The notes under the pieces are model-generated. The model did not search any database. It was given only the letters and a program-made list of their open reading frames with translations, and was not told the DNA's origin. A program made the translations under genes and the position numbers. 64,000 nt of DNA, from positions 160,001 to 224,000 of the forward strand of contig CACPJC010000001.1 in assembly GCA_902634185.1 (NCBI GenBank), in the 5' to 3' direction. This DNA is from an uncultured Candidatus Actinomarina sp. GTDB lineage: Bacteria > Actinomycetota > Acidimicrobiia > Actinomarinales > Actinomarinaceae. Positions 36,721 through 47,273 of the stretch are shown one piece after another. Within the stretch, counting starts at the first letter, position 1; the number at the start of each line of letters is the position of its first letter.

Positions 36721-39046
36721 TTAATTGCTCCCTATTTTTTGCTGCCTCTAATTCCACTTTTTTCTCAGGATTAATTTCTTGGAATCCCCTTCTGTTTATT
36801 GGAACTACTAAAAGATTATCAGGAAGATTTTCGTTAATATTAACGTTAACTTGAATCGAGTTATTTTCCTGTATTAAAGTTACAACGTCGCTATTAAGCA
36901 TATAGGATCCAAAGTAAGTTGCTGAATTCATTTCAATGAATCTTTCAGAACCTAGCATAGAAATTGAGGGAGAATTAATTTGTGATGAAGAATCTCCATA
37001 AAGTTTATGAACAAATAATATTTCAAGATTTGTCGAATCAATGTTTTCTACTTCTATATTGATTGTCTTAGAGTTTAAAATTCCATCAAGATTAGATGGT
37101 TTATTCAAATTATCAAAAGATGGAATGTTAGCATTATCAATGTAGTCTTTACACAACATGGAGTTTAACTCTGCTTCAGTTCCATAAGATTCTAATAAAT
37201 TCATTTTGTTTGATAGAATCAACCAATATTCCCATTCATTTAATGCAGATCCCGGAGTAGGTAATATTTTATTTTGCATTAGCGTTCTCATTTCAAGATT
37301 TGTGAATGTACCCTCCTTTTCACCAAATGTTGTTGTCGGAAGAATAATATCTGATAGTTCAGTTGTTTCATTTTTAAACAAATCAAGAGAAACTACAAAA
37401 TCTGCATCAATTAAAGTGTTCTTTATTTTATGGCTATAAATTGAATTATTTACGGGGTTTGAGCCTACTGTGAATACAATATTTTTTTTACTACTATCAA
37501 ATTCTGTTACAAACTCATTTAGACCCTTTACAATGTCTAAATTTTGTAATGCTCCAAATGTGTTACCTTTTGAAAAACAATTAAGTATTTTTAAAGTGGA
37601 ATTTTGATCTAAATGTTTAACCAATTGGAAAATTGGATTAACATTTTGGAGTGGAGAGGCTTTTCCTACAATAGCTAAAACATTTTTTCCATCAATATAA
37701 TTCGAAAAATTTGGTATATCTGATAAGTCGACATTGAATTCAAAATTATTTGTGACAATATTTTCGCCATAATATTCTTCTGAAAGTTGTTTAATTGCAG
37801 TATTTGTGTGGCCAAATATTAATAATTTTTTTCCATTTCTGACAGCCTGTTTAATTCTTAGATAAAGAGTTGGAAGATTGTCTTTTATATCTTGTGCCCA
37901 CAAAATTATGGTGTCAGCAGAATCTAAATCTTTAATTTCTCCAAGTGAGTAATCATCATTGAAAAAACCATTGTATAAATAATCATCACTCAGATAAAAA
38001 TTTATATTGCTAACTGTATTTTCATTTTCAACTTTATTAAGGTTTTCTGCAAATTTATTTAATGCATAATACTCTTCATTAGTAGAGTTGTGTCCAACAA
38101 TAAAACTTATGTTCGGATTGTCGCTCGTAAGTATTTCATTACTAATTAACTCCATAGTTTCATTAATGGTTAATTCCTTGTTTGAATTCTTGACAAGTAA
38201 TGGTGTTTCAATTCTCTTATCCGAATGTAAATATTCAAAGTTGTATCGCCCTTTATCAGAAAGCCATCCTTGATTTGTAAATTCATTGTCCTCACCTAAA
38301 ATCCTAAGCATCTTATTCTGTGAGACATTTAATTCAACCGAGTCACCAACTGAAGAACAATTAGAGGTTGATGAAACTTTTTTTAAATCCCAAGGACGAG
38401 CTTTGAATCTATAAGAAGATGATGTCAAAGCGCCAACTGGGCAAATTTGTACTGTATTGCCTGAGAAGTATGATCTAAAAGGCTCATCAGGAAAAGTATT
38501 TACTTGTGTCTTATTTCCTCTTTGTATAAATTCAATAAGTGGATCTCCAGATATTTCATCGGAAAATCGAGTACAACGAGCACATAAAATACATCTCTCC
38601 CTATCAAGTAAAATTATTTCTGAAATTGGGATAGGTTTTTCAAAATGTCTTTTGTCTTCGACAAATCTTGATTCTCCTGGTCCATAAGCCATTGTTTGAT
38701 CTTGTAAAGGACATTCTCCAGCTTTATCACAAACCGGACAGTCTAAAGGATGATTAATCAATAAAAACTCTAAAACTCCTTCTTGAGCTTTTTTTACAAC
38801 ATCAGATTCAGTATCTACGACTAAATCCTCTGAGACTTTGGTTGTACAGGATGGAACAAGAGCTTTACCTCTTGGAGTTTCAATCTCAACCAAGCACATA
38901 CGACACATGCCAACAGGATCCATACGTTTATGCCAGCAGAACCTTGGTATGTGAATACCAGAATCTTCACAAGCTTCAATTATTAGCTGGTCGGGTTTTG
39001 AACTTATTTCAGAACCATTAACATTTATCTTTATTTGATCCGTCAT
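36710..39046 (-). CDS. nuoG: NADH-quinone oxidoreductase subunit G
   Basis: IPRFCWH..CRMC, HPLDCPVCDKAGEC, CILCARC, CPVGAL. Confidence 0.96.
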   Translation of the reverse strand: MTDQIKINVNGSEISSKPDQLIIEACEDSGIHIPRFCWHKRMDPVGMCRMCLVEIETPRGKALVPSCTTKVSEDLVVDTESDVVKKAQEGVLEFLLINHPLDCPVCDKAGECPLQDQTMAYGPGESRFVEDKRHFEKPIPISEIILLDRERCILCARCTRFSDEISGDPLIEFIQRGNKTQVNTFPDEPFRSYFSGNTVQICPVGALTSSSYRFKARPWDLKKVSSTSNCSSVGDSVELNVSQNKMLRILGEDNEFTNQGWLSDKGRYNFEYLHSDKRIETPLLVKNSNKELTINETMELISNEILTSDNPNISFIVGHNSTNEEYYALNKFAENLNKVENENTVSNINFYLSDDYLYNGFFNDDYSLGEIKDLDSADTIILWAQDIKDNLPTLYLRIKQAVRNGKKLLIFGHTNTAIKQLSEEYYGENIVTNNFEFNVDLSDIPNFSNYIDGKNVLAIVGKASPLQNVNPIFQLVKHLDQNSTLKILNCFSKGNTFGALQNLDIVKGLNEFVTEFDSSKKNIVFTVGSNPVNNSIYSHKIKNTLIDADFVVSLDLFKNETTELSDIILPTTTFGEKEGTFTNLEMRTLMQNKILPTPGSALNEWEYWLILSNKMNLLESYGTEAELNSMLCKDYIDNANIPSFDNLNKPSNLDGILNSKTINIEVENIDSTNLEILFVHKLYGDSSSQINSPSISMLGSERFIEMNSATYFGSYMLNSDVVTLIQENNSIQVNVNINENLPDNLLVVPINRRGFQEINPEKKVELEAAKNREQLIVT

Positions 39047-40338
39047 TGTGTAATTGGAATTTTTGTTGGAAGCATATTTGTTATCTCCTCAGAAAAGTTA
39101 TTTAGCAACGATGTTATCGGAGATACAGCTGAAGGACCAAGTGGACATATTGTTGTCATTTTTGGTGGCCAATCTAATCCAGGTGAAATATTGTCGCAAA
39201 TATCAATCAACAAACTAATGTCAGAAAGTCTACCTCTGCCGCTCGCAATTCTTTCTAAAATCATTTCTAGCCAAGTTGTCCCTTCTCTGCAGGGAGTACA
39301 TTGACCACATGATTCATGAGCAAAAAAACTTACGATACTCTTTGCCGCATAAACTAAATTAGTATCTTCATCCATCACAACTACCGCACCAGAACCCAAC
39401 ATTGATCCTGCATTTGCAACATCATCAATTGTCATTTTTATATCTAACTGATCACCGGTGAACCATGGCGCTGAGGCACCTCCGGGAATATAAGCTTTGA
39501 CATTTTTGTTATTTTTGATTCCTTTTCCAAATGTATCTATAAATTCACCAAAGCTTTGACCCATTTCAATTTCAAAATTTCCAGGATTATTTACGTGGCC
39601 TGACAAGCTAAAAATTCTTGTTCCCGTTGATCCTTCAACACCAAGTTTTGAGTACTCTTTTCCCGAATTTTGAATTATCCAAGGAACTGAAGATATTGTT
39701 TCTACATTATTTACTAGTGTTGGTTTGTTGTATAGTCCCATTACTGCGGGAAAATAAGGTGGTTTAAGTCTTGGCTCTCCTCTTTTTCCTTCAAGTGAAT
39801 TCAAAAGAGCTGTTTCTTCACCACATATGTACGCTCCTGCTCCAAGATGAACTACAACATCCAAGGAAAAATTTGTTCCTAATATATTATTTCCCAAATA
39901 TCCTTTTTCATATGCTTGCTCAACTGCATCCTGCACTCTTCTTGCTGGCTTCGCATACTCACCTCTTATGTAGATAAATGCTTTTTTGATGTTTGAAGCA
40001 AAGCATGTAATTATTACACCTTCAATTAGTTGGTGTGGATCTCTCTCAAGCAAAATTCTATCTTTGAATGTACCGGGTTCAGATTCATCACCATTAATTA
40101 CAAGATACCTGTCCTCATTTTCTGCTAAAAAACCCCACTTTACTCCTGTTGGAAAGCCTGCTCCTCCACGACCCCTTATGTTTGAATCCTTAATCTCATT
40201 AATAACATTCTCGGGATTGTCTTCTTTTAGAACTTTTTTGAGTGCACTATAACCGTTATTTTTCTCATAAATTTCAATCTGATGGCTATCTTCAGGAAAT
40301 TCACGCATATGCTTTGTAAGTAATAAAGTTTCTTTCAT
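39043..40338 (-). CDS. nuoF: NADH-quinone oxidoreductase subunit F
   Basis: GRGGAGFPTG, DESEPGTFKD, GAYICGEET, ESCGQCTPC. Confidence 0.97.
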   Translation of the reverse strand: MKETLLLTKHMREFPEDSHQIEIYEKNNGYSALKKVLKEDNPENVINEIKDSNIRGRGGAGFPTGVKWGFLAENEDRYLVINGDESEPGTFKDRILLERDPHQLIEGVIITCFASNIKKAFIYIRGEYAKPARRVQDAVEQAYEKGYLGNNILGTNFSLDVVVHLGAGAYICGEETALLNSLEGKRGEPRLKPPYFPAVMGLYNKPTLVNNVETISSVPWIIQNSGKEYSKLGVEGSTGTRIFSLSGHVNNPGNFEIEMGQSFGEFIDTFGKGIKNNKNVKAYIPGGASAPWFTGDQLDIKMTIDDVANAGSMLGSGAVVVMDEDTNLVYAAKSIVSFFAHESCGQCTPCREGTTWLEMILERIASGRGRLSDISLLIDICDNISPGLDWPPKMTTICPLGPSAVSPITSLLNNFSEEITNMLPTKIPITQ

Positions 40339-40952
40339 TAGCTTTTTTCCTTAGCAGTACCGATATTTTGAAATCCCGGAACAGAATAAGATGAACCTGT
40401 ATTGTCTTTAATTGCCCAGTCAAATGACTTTACACCTCCAAATTTCTCTTGAAGTTCTTCAGCTATAATTATTTCTGGTCGTTCTTCTTTAAGCCATTCA
40501 CACATTTGGAGTGACTTTTCAGGTGTCAATCCTTCAACTGTTTCGTAATTAACTTGAACAGCTGGTGCTCCACCGCAAGCACCGATGCACTCAACTTCCT
40601 CAAAAGTAAAAACCTTCTCAGTATCTGTTTCATAATTTTCTAAGCCTGTAAAGTTTTTGACAGAATCTATCACGCTTCTTGAGTCATTTATTTCGCATGA
40701 GATTGACTTACATACACTTAATAAATACTTACCGGTTTGCTCTTCTTTGTACATAGAGTAAAAGGATGCAACTGACTTTACTTGAACTTCAGTAATGCCA
40801 ATAAGATTACTAATCTCTACAATTGAATCATTTGATATATATCCGTCTTTTTCTTGTGCTAGATATAAAAGTGGCCCTAAAGCAGATCTTTTTTGAGGAT
40901 ACATATCAATAATTTCTTTTGCTTTATCAATCAATGCTTTTTCCCAACTCAT
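40338..40952 (-). CDS. nuoE: NADH-quinone oxidoreductase subunit E
   Basis: VASFYSMY, CKSISC, ECIGAC. Confidence 0.96.
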   Translation of the reverse strand: MSWEKALIDKAKEIIDMYPQKRSALGPLLYLAQEKDGYISNDSIVEISNLIGITEVQVKSVASFYSMYKEEQTGKYLLSVCKSISCEINDSRSVIDSVKNFTGLENYETDTEKVFTFEEVECIGACGGAPAVQVNYETVEGLTPEKSLQMCEWLKEERPEIIIAEELQEKFGGVKSFDWAIKDNTGSSYSVPGFQNIGTAKEKS

Positions 40953-42307
40953 CTGTCAACATCTCCTAAAACTGGATCTAAGGAGGCTATTGCTGCAACT
41001 GCGTCTGCAATTGGACTGTCTGACATTACTACTGGTAAAGCTTGAAGATTACAGAAGGATGGTCCTCTTACGTGCATTCTATAAGGTTTTGATGATCCGT
41101 CTGAAACAATAAAACAGCCCAACTCTCCTCTAGGAGATTCAACTGTGGTATATACTTCTCCTTCTGGAACTTTAAAGCCTTCTGTGTATATTTTAAAATG
41201 GTGGATCAAAGCTTCCATTGACTCATCAAGTCTTTTTCTTGGCGGAGGGGTTATTTTTTTATCTTGAATTTTGAACGGGCCTTTAGGCATATTTCCCATA
41301 GCTTGTTCAACAATCTTTAAACTTTCAAAAATTTCTAAAACTTTGATTCTCCACCTTGAAAAGACATCTCCTTCTTCAAAAACCGGAATATCAAACTCAT
41401 ATTTTTCTATACCTGAATAAGGTTGCATTTTTCTTAAATCCCATGCATATCCGCTAGCTCTAAGACTTGGACCAGTTATGCCGTATGCCAAACATTCTTC
41501 AGTCGTTAATATTCCAACATTCTTAAGTCTTCCTTGCCAAATAGGATTGTCTAAAAGCATTTCATCATAGTCTTTTAGTTTTTCAGGTATAACTTTCAAT
41601 ATCTTTTCAATATCTTTTTGCCAATTATCTGGTAAATCTGCTGCGACACCACCCGGTCTTATAAAGTTGTGATTCATTCTAAGACCTGTTGTCTTTTCAA
41701 AAAAATCAAGAATTAATTCTCTTTCTCTAAACCCAAAAATCATCATTGATAATGCTCCGATATCCATTCCACCAGTTGCTAATGCAACAAGGTGTGAGGA
41801 GATTCGATTTAGTTCGGTCATTAATATTCTTATTGTTGATGCTCTATCAGGAACTTCAATATCTAGTAGTTTTTCAGTCGCTAATGAAAAAACAAGTTCA
41901 TTGAAAAAAGGCGAGAGATAATCCATCCTTGTAGTGTTAGTAGGTCCTTGAAAGTAATTTAACTCTTCTCCCGTCTTCTCCATTCCAGTATGAAGATAAC
42001 CAATTACAGGCTGTACTCTTCTTACGACTTCACCTTCAAGTTCTACTTGTAACCTTAAGACACCATGTGTTGATGGATGCTGAGGTCCCATATTTAAAAT
42101 CATTCTTTCATCATCAGAAATATCATCATCAATAAAATAATCATCGATAACTTCTGAACCCATTTGAATTTTTGTAGTTACTTCGTCTTCTTGATCCAAC
42201 ATTTTTTGTGATCCTTCATCAGTTGAAGAAATGTTCCATCCACCCTCTTCTGAATTTGTAGCCCAGAAGTCTACATCTTTTACAGTATCTTTATTTTCTT
42301 CCATCAT
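40949..42307 (-). CDS. nuoD: NADH-quinone oxidoreductase subunit D (operon 2)
   Basis: GPQHPSTHGVLR, GYLHTGMEK, ESPRGE, GDVDR. Confidence 0.97.
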   Translation of the reverse strand: MMEENKDTVKDVDFWATNSEEGGWNISSTDEGSQKMLDQEDEVTTKIQMGSEVIDDYFIDDDISDDERMILNMGPQHPSTHGVLRLQVELEGEVVRRVQPVIGYLHTGMEKTGEELNYFQGPTNTTRMDYLSPFFNELVFSLATEKLLDIEVPDRASTIRILMTELNRISSHLVALATGGMDIGALSMMIFGFRERELILDFFEKTTGLRMNHNFIRPGGVAADLPDNWQKDIEKILKVIPEKLKDYDEMLLDNPIWQGRLKNVGILTTEECLAYGITGPSLRASGYAWDLRKMQPYSGIEKYEFDIPVFEEGDVFSRWRIKVLEIFESLKIVEQAMGNMPKGPFKIQDKKITPPPRKRLDESMEALIHHFKIYTEGFKVPEGEVYTTVESPRGELGCFIVSDGSSKPYRMHVRGPSFCNLQALPVVMSDSPIADAVAAIASLDPVLGDVDR

Positions 42308-42714
42308 TAATCAACCTTTGGTGCATTTTTGAATTGAACTGGTATTCTTCCTGTTCCATAATCTTTTCTCAAAGGGTGTCCAACCCAATCATCAGGCATA
42401 AGAATTCTTGTTAAATCAGGATGGTTTTCAAAATTAATTCCAAACATATCAAATACTTCTCTTTCATAAAAGTTTGCACTTGGATAAAGACTTGTAATTG
42501 AAGGAATTGTTAACTCATCATTTAATTTGACTTTGATAGAAATTCTTTTGTTTTTTGAAACGGAGAGAAAGTTTACAACTACTTCAAACCTAGGTTCTTT
42601 TTTTCTAAACCAATCTATAGCAGTTAAATCAACCATCATTTCATATCCATCATTTTTCAACTCTTCAACTTTTTGAAAATAATCTTCAATTGATATATCT
42701 AGATTTTCTTTCAT
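42307..42714 (-). CDS. nuoC: NADH-quinone oxidoreductase subunit C (operon 2)
   Basis: [28 protein letters not shown]. Confidence 0.96.
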   Translation of the reverse strand: MKENLDISIEDYFQKVEELKNDGYEMMVDLTAIDWFRKKEPRFEVVVNFLSVSKNKRISIKVKLNDELTIPSITSLYPSANFYEREVFDMFGINFENHPDLTRILMPDDWVGHPLRKDYGTGRIPVQFKNAPKVD

Positions 42715-43175
42715 TATCTATTTATCTCTCTATCCATAATTTTTTGATGAAGTGTTAAGATTCCGTGCATTAATGATTGGGGTCCGGGTGGACATCCAGG
42801 TACATATATGTCTACAGGAACTATGTGGTCAACACCTTGTACAAGAGCATAGTTATTAAACATCCCACCAGTTGAAGAGCAAGCACCCATTGCTATTACC
42901 CATTTTGGCTCTGCCATTTGGTCATAAACTTGTCTCAATACTGGTGCCATTTTTTGAGAAACTCTACCAGCAACTATCATCAAATCAGCCTGTCTTGGTG
43001 ATGCCCTGAATACCTCCATTCCATATCTTGCCAAGTCGTATTTTGCAGATCCTGCAGCCATCATTTCAATAGCGCAGCATGCAAGTCCAAAAGTAACAGG
43101 CCACATGGATTGCGTTCTTGACCAACGGACCGCTTTATCAATAGTTGTTGTGAAAATATTATCAGGAGAAAACAT
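42714..43175 (-). CDS. nuoB: NADH-quinone oxidoreductase subunit B (operon 2)
   Basis: [24 protein letters not shown]. Confidence 0.97.
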   Translation of the reverse strand: MFSPDNIFTTTIDKAVRWSRTQSMWPVTFGLACCAIEMMAAGSAKYDLARYGMEVFRASPRQADLMIVAGRVSQKMAPVLRQVYDQMAEPKWVIAMGACSSTGGMFNNYALVQGVDHIVPVDIYVPGCPPGPQSLMHGILTLHQKIMDREINR

Positions 43176-43585
43176 TATTCATTAGCTCCTTCATAGTTAG
43201 AAACTGGATCATGATATCTTTGCCTTCTTGGAACATTCCAATCAAGAACATTTCTTTTCCAGACATAATAAAGTGTCTCAAGTACAAAGAATGTGAATAT
43301 GAAAATAACCACTATTCCGTACCAGCCAAGTTGCTCAAATCGGGTTGCCCAGGCTAAAAGAAATATTATTTCAATATCAAAAACAATATACAACATAGCG
43401 ACCATATAAAATTTGACTGGAAATCTCTGTGAGGGCTCTTCTTCGGGGAAAATACCAGACTCATAAGGTGTTAATTTTTCAGGTGTAGGATTTTTTGGTG
43501 ATAAAAGATAGCTGACACCAAGTGAAGCAATTGCAAAACCAATACCAATAAATAGCATTACCAAAATTGGTAACCAATTAATCAC
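43175..43585 (-). CDS. nuoA: NADH-quinone oxidoreductase subunit A (operon 2)
   Basis: PYESG, IVFDIE; upstream RBS AGGGAGG. Confidence 0.96.
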   Translation of the reverse strand: MINWLPILVMLFIGIGFAIASLGVSYLLSPKNPTPEKLTPYESGIFPEEEPSQRFPVKFYMVAMLYIVFDIEIIFLLAWATRFEQLGWYGIVVIFIFTFFVLETLYYVWKRNVLDWNVPRRQRYHDPVSNYEGANE

Positions 43586-43598
43586 ATTCCCTCCCTAT

Positions 43599-43616
43599 TT
43601 GTGAAATATTTCACAA
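43599..43616. promoter_or_regulatory. Rex operator
   Basis: Perfect TTGTGAA-ATAT-TTCACAA 13 nt upstream of nuoA; rex gene about 1.4 kb away. Confidence 0.9.
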
Positions 43617-43652
43617 TGTACTACTTCATTTTAGTACTGATTTTGCTTTTTG

Positions 43653-44942
43653 TTATAAGGAAAAGGCTGGAGATTTACTGAAAAACCTTACTGTTCTAAA
43701 GGGTAAAATGAATTTAAAAGCTAGCGAAAAAGTCTCTTTAATCGTCAATCTTGCCTCATCGAACAAGAGCTCAACAACAAAATTAATAGTGTTTTTATCA
43801 ACTGATGCAATTTTAAGTAATCTCTTTGTCATAAATGGACTTTGCAAAACTAGTCGAGCAACCGTACAGCTCAGAAAATGCATTCCAAATCTTTTATTTA
43901 AGGCTCTTTCATATTTATTTAAATTATTATTTAAATTATTTTCTTTGTTGGAATTTAATGAACCGAATGTTTCTTTTGCAAGTAAATATCCTGCTTCCAT
44001 GCCGTAAAAAATACCTTCTCCACTCATGGGGTTGATCATTGAACCGGCATCTCCGACAAGAGCTACTTTATCATGAGCAAGCTTTGGTCTGGAGGATGCA
44101 AATGGAAGCATATAACTTTTTTCCATCCTTAAGTTTTCAACAATTACTCCTTTGGATTCCAATGTACGTATAAAGCTATCAAGCATTTCATTAATATCCA
44201 TTTTGTCTTTTTTAAATAAATTTAAAGGCATACCAATACCAATATTTATTAAATTACCTTTACTAGGGAACGCCCAAGCATAACCTTTTAATGCTGAAAC
44301 ATTGATTTCAAACATAAGTGTTCTTTCCTTAAATATTTCTAAATAATTTGGACTGTCAATATAAGCTCTTATAGCAATTGCTTTGTGTATGTCACTATTT
44401 TGTTTTAAATCCAAACTTTTTCTAACTCTTGAATTTGCACCATCTGCACCTACTAACAATTTTGTGAATAAGAAGTTTTTTTCTTTATCACTATTTTCGA
44501 TCTCTACTTTTAAAATATCTTCATTTTCAGTTTGTTCATAATTCAAATACCTAACACCCTCATATGAATGTACATCGAGATTTTTTGCAATTTCAAAAAT
44601 TCTATTGTCGAGTTCATATCTTGGGATAACGTAAACAACAGAATCATCTTTGTTTTTAACTTTTGGAATATAATTTTGGATTCCTATATTATCGGGGCCA
44701 AATAAAGATGTTGAGATAACCTCCGGTTCACCATCAAGTATATGTTCATTGTTAAATCTTTTTAAAGCATTAATTACGCCGGGTCCAATTGCATCACCAC
44801 AAGATTTATCTCTTGGAAAAATAGCTTTGTCAATAATTCCAACTTTTAAATCAGGATTTAAATTTTTGTAAGAAATTGCAGTATTAGATCCAGAGGGACC
44901 TGCCCCTACAATTAATACATCGAATATTTCTTCATTTTTCAT
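43653..44942 (-). CDS. Geranylgeranyl-reductase-family flavoprotein (MenJ-like menaquinone reductase candidate)
   Basis: VGAGPSG, FPRDKSCGD, GADGANS, GYAWAFP, GDAGSMINPMSGEGI; upstream of nuoA as in many actinobacteria. Confidence 0.85.
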   Translation of the reverse strand: MKNEEIFDVLIVGAGPSGSNTAISYKNLNPDLKVGIIDKAIFPRDKSCGDAIGPGVINALKRFNNEHILDGEPEVISTSLFGPDNIGIQNYIPKVKNKDDSVVYVIPRYELDNRIFEIAKNLDVHSYEGVRYLNYEQTENEDILKVEIENSDKEKNFLFTKLLVGADGANSRVRKSLDLKQNSDIHKAIAIRAYIDSPNYLEIFKERTLMFEINVSALKGYAWAFPSKGNLINIGIGMPLNLFKKDKMDINEMLDSFIRTLESKGVIVENLRMEKSYMLPFASSRPKLAHDKVALVGDAGSMINPMSGEGIFYGMEAGYLLAKETFGSLNSNKENNLNNNLNKYERALNKRFGMHFLSCTVARLVLQSPFMTKRLLKIASVDKNTINFVVELLFDEARLTIKETFSLAFKFILPFRTVRFFSKSPAFSL

Positions 44943-45033
44943 GATTTATGAACTAAAAATACCTTATTTATTAATAAATCATAAATTTAAGTAAAAATAA
45001 AATATTTTTAATGTAATTTACCTTATTTTTATA

Positions 45034-45699
45034 TTGTTATTAGATTGTGCATTAGTGAAAGAAAATAGCAATATACCACCAGCAACAGTAAAGAGGTTAC
45101 CTCTATATCTTCAATGCTTAGAACAAATTGATGACCAAAATATTGGAATTTCTTCAAAAAAATTAGCAGAAATTGCAAAAGTTAATGATGCTCAAGTTCG
45201 AAGAGATTTATCATATTTAGGCACACTAGGAACTAGAGGTGTCGGATATGATATTTCAACATTGAGAAATCAGATTCAATTAGAACTTGGTCTAGTTGAA
45301 GGATGGAGCGCTGTAATAGTTGGAGTTGGTAATCTTGGATCAGCACTTGCACATTATGGAGGATTTCAAGAACGAGGATTTGGTGTTGTCGGATTATTTG
45401 ATGACGATCCAAAAAAAATCAATAAACAAATAGCTGGCCTTGTAGTTAAACCCACATCTGATGTTAAAAGTGTTTGTGAAAAGTACAACGTTGCAATTGG
45501 CATTATTGCAACACCTGGAAAAGTTGCTCAAGAGATTGCAGATCAGTTAGTCGACTGTGGGGTTAAGTCAATTTTAAATTTCGCTCCAGTATTGTTAAAA
45601 AATATTCCAGATGTTCAAATTAGATCTGTCGACCTCTCACAAGAATTACAAATATTAAGTTACTACTTAGATAGACCCGTTCTTAAAGCTGTCAAATAA
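45034..45699 (+). CDS. rex: Redox-sensing transcriptional repressor Rex (start may be GTG 45055)
   Basis: IPPATVKRLPLY, VRRDLSYLG..GTRGVGY, VGVGNLGSAL, ILNFAP. Confidence 0.96.
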   Translation: MLLDCALVKENSNIPPATVKRLPLYLQCLEQIDDQNIGISSKKLAEIAKVNDAQVRRDLSYLGTLGTRGVGYDISTLRNQIQLELGLVEGWSAVIVGVGNLGSALAHYGGFQERGFGVVGLFDDDPKKINKQIAGLVVKPTSDVKSVCEKYNVAIGIIATPGKVAQEIADQLVDCGVKSILNFAPVLLKNIPDVQIRSVDLSQELQILSYYLDRPVLKAVK

Positions 45700-45700
45700 T

Positions 45701-46981
45701 TTATTTCTGATAAATATATCCAAGTAAAGATCTAAATAGCAAACTAACATTTAAACCAATCCAAAGTGTTGATATTGTATTCTGTGTTCTTAATAAATAA
45801 GTGCAAACTAAAAATCCAGAAACTGAAGAAGCAACAGTAAGAAAAGAAAATTCTTTAGCCCTATCAAGTCCTAAAAGAACTCCGTCCCAAAGAAATGCGT
45901 AACAACCTATAAATAGACTTAGAGCAACAAGAACTGTTAATTTTAAATCGATATAAATATCAAATTTGTCATCTCCAAACATTTCAACAAAATTATTTAA
46001 AAATAAAACAGTTATTATTGCAAGGATGAAAGATATCACTGTGGTTACCGACACAAGTTCTTTTTGTAAAATGGATTTTTGGTATTTTTCTTTTTTTGAA
46101 ACAAGTTCAGAAATTAGTGTTTGAGAAGCAATCGCAATTGCATCAACAAAAATATAACCTACTGACCATAACTGAAGCAAGATGTGTTGCAAGGCTATTT
46201 CCTGCATAGACATTAGGGAAGCTCTATTTCTTAAATATGCCATGAACAAGGTAAGAAATAAAGATCTAATCGAAATATATGTTCCGATGCTAAAAAATTT
46301 TTTTCGCAAACTAGGTTTGCCTATTTGCTCTTCAGTAGAAGGAATATCACTTAATTGTTTTTTTAGGATAAATGTTGAATAAATAGAAGCACAAAAAAAG
46401 GCAAGAGAACTAGCAAACCCAATCCCGCCAGCACCAAAACCTAGAAATAGTCCAAAAAATAAGCTAAAAAATATATTTGAGATTGAGACTATTAATGCAC
46501 TATAAAAAGTAATTTTTGCATACTTTAAACCCCTTAAAACAGCAGTAGAGTGCATATTTACCAAATAAAATGGTAGCCCGATACATCTAAAGACTAAATA
46601 ATCAGAAGAAAGTAGCTGTATGTTTTGAGTAGGTTGAAAAGTCGAAATTAAATAACCACTACTTACGTACAAAATTAAAAATGATCCTAGACCTAGCAAT
46701 ATGGAAACATTTCTTCCAAACTTTACAAAATAATTTAATTTATTGATTTCATTTTTAGTATTAAGAGAGGAAACAAGTGGTGTTGTTCCATATGCTAGAA
46801 AGATAAAAACCCAAATAAAAACAAAATAAATCGTTTCTCCAATACCAATTGCAGAAAGCGTTTCTAAATTTATAATACTAGCAATCTTTGAATCAATTAG
46901 ACCTACTATTGGTTCTAAGGCTAGCCACAAAAAAATGGGATATGAATTAATCCAAATATCTTTTCTAACTGTATTAATCAT
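45701..46981 (-). CDS. MATE-family efflux transporter (DinF-like)
   Basis: LEPIVGLID, FLAYGTT, DAIAIASQ, DGVLLG; about 12 TM helices. Confidence 0.85.
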   Translation of the reverse strand: MINTVRKDIWINSYPIFLWLALEPIVGLIDSKIASIINLETLSAIGIGETIYFVFIWVFIFLAYGTTPLVSSLNTKNEINKLNYFVKFGRNVSILLGLGSFLILYVSSGYLISTFQPTQNIQLLSSDYLVFRCIGLPFYLVNMHSTAVLRGLKYAKITFYSALIVSISNIFFSLFFGLFLGFGAGGIGFASSLAFFCASIYSTFILKKQLSDIPSTEEQIGKPSLRKKFFSIGTYISIRSLFLTLFMAYLRNRASLMSMQEIALQHILLQLWSVGYIFVDAIAIASQTLISELVSKKEKYQKSILQKELVSVTTVISFILAIITVLFLNNFVEMFGDDKFDIYIDLKLTVLVALSLFIGCYAFLWDGVLLGLDRAKEFSFLTVASSVSGFLVCTYLLRTQNTISTLWIGLNVSLLFRSLLGYIYQK

Positions 46982-47273
46982 TGTAATTTTTAGCTTTTAA
47001 AAGACCCCAAATCATAATCTGCTCATGAGCTTCAATACCTAAATTTTGAGGAGTAATAACTTTTTCAAATTTATAAATTGTTTTGGTAAAATTATTCAAC
47101 AATTGAGTTGGAGTTTGTGTTTGGTCAGAATATGGAAGATTGAACTCATTAATTAATATATTTTCTAACTCTTGAAAATCTACATCATTGATTTTGATAT
47201 TTTCATTTTTTAAATATTGTTTTAAACCTTCACAGAGAGTTTTTGCAAAAGAGGTTATTTCTAAATTTGTCAT
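46974..47273 (-). CDS. Hypothetical protein (99 aa)
   Basis: ATG ORF overlapping both neighbouring genes. Confidence 0.6.
   Translation of the reverse strand: MTNLEITSFAKTLCEGLKQYLKNENIKINDVDFQELENILINEFNLPYSDQTQTPTQLLNNFTKTIYKFEKVITPQNLGIEAHEQIMIWGLLKAKNYND

Noticed and set aside
7835-43585. Second nuo operon as an assembly duplication, or operon 1 as a hydrogenase or Mrp antiporter
   Set aside because: The paralogues are highly divergent; NuoD1 lacks NiFe CxxC motifs; nuoA, H and J are present in complex I order
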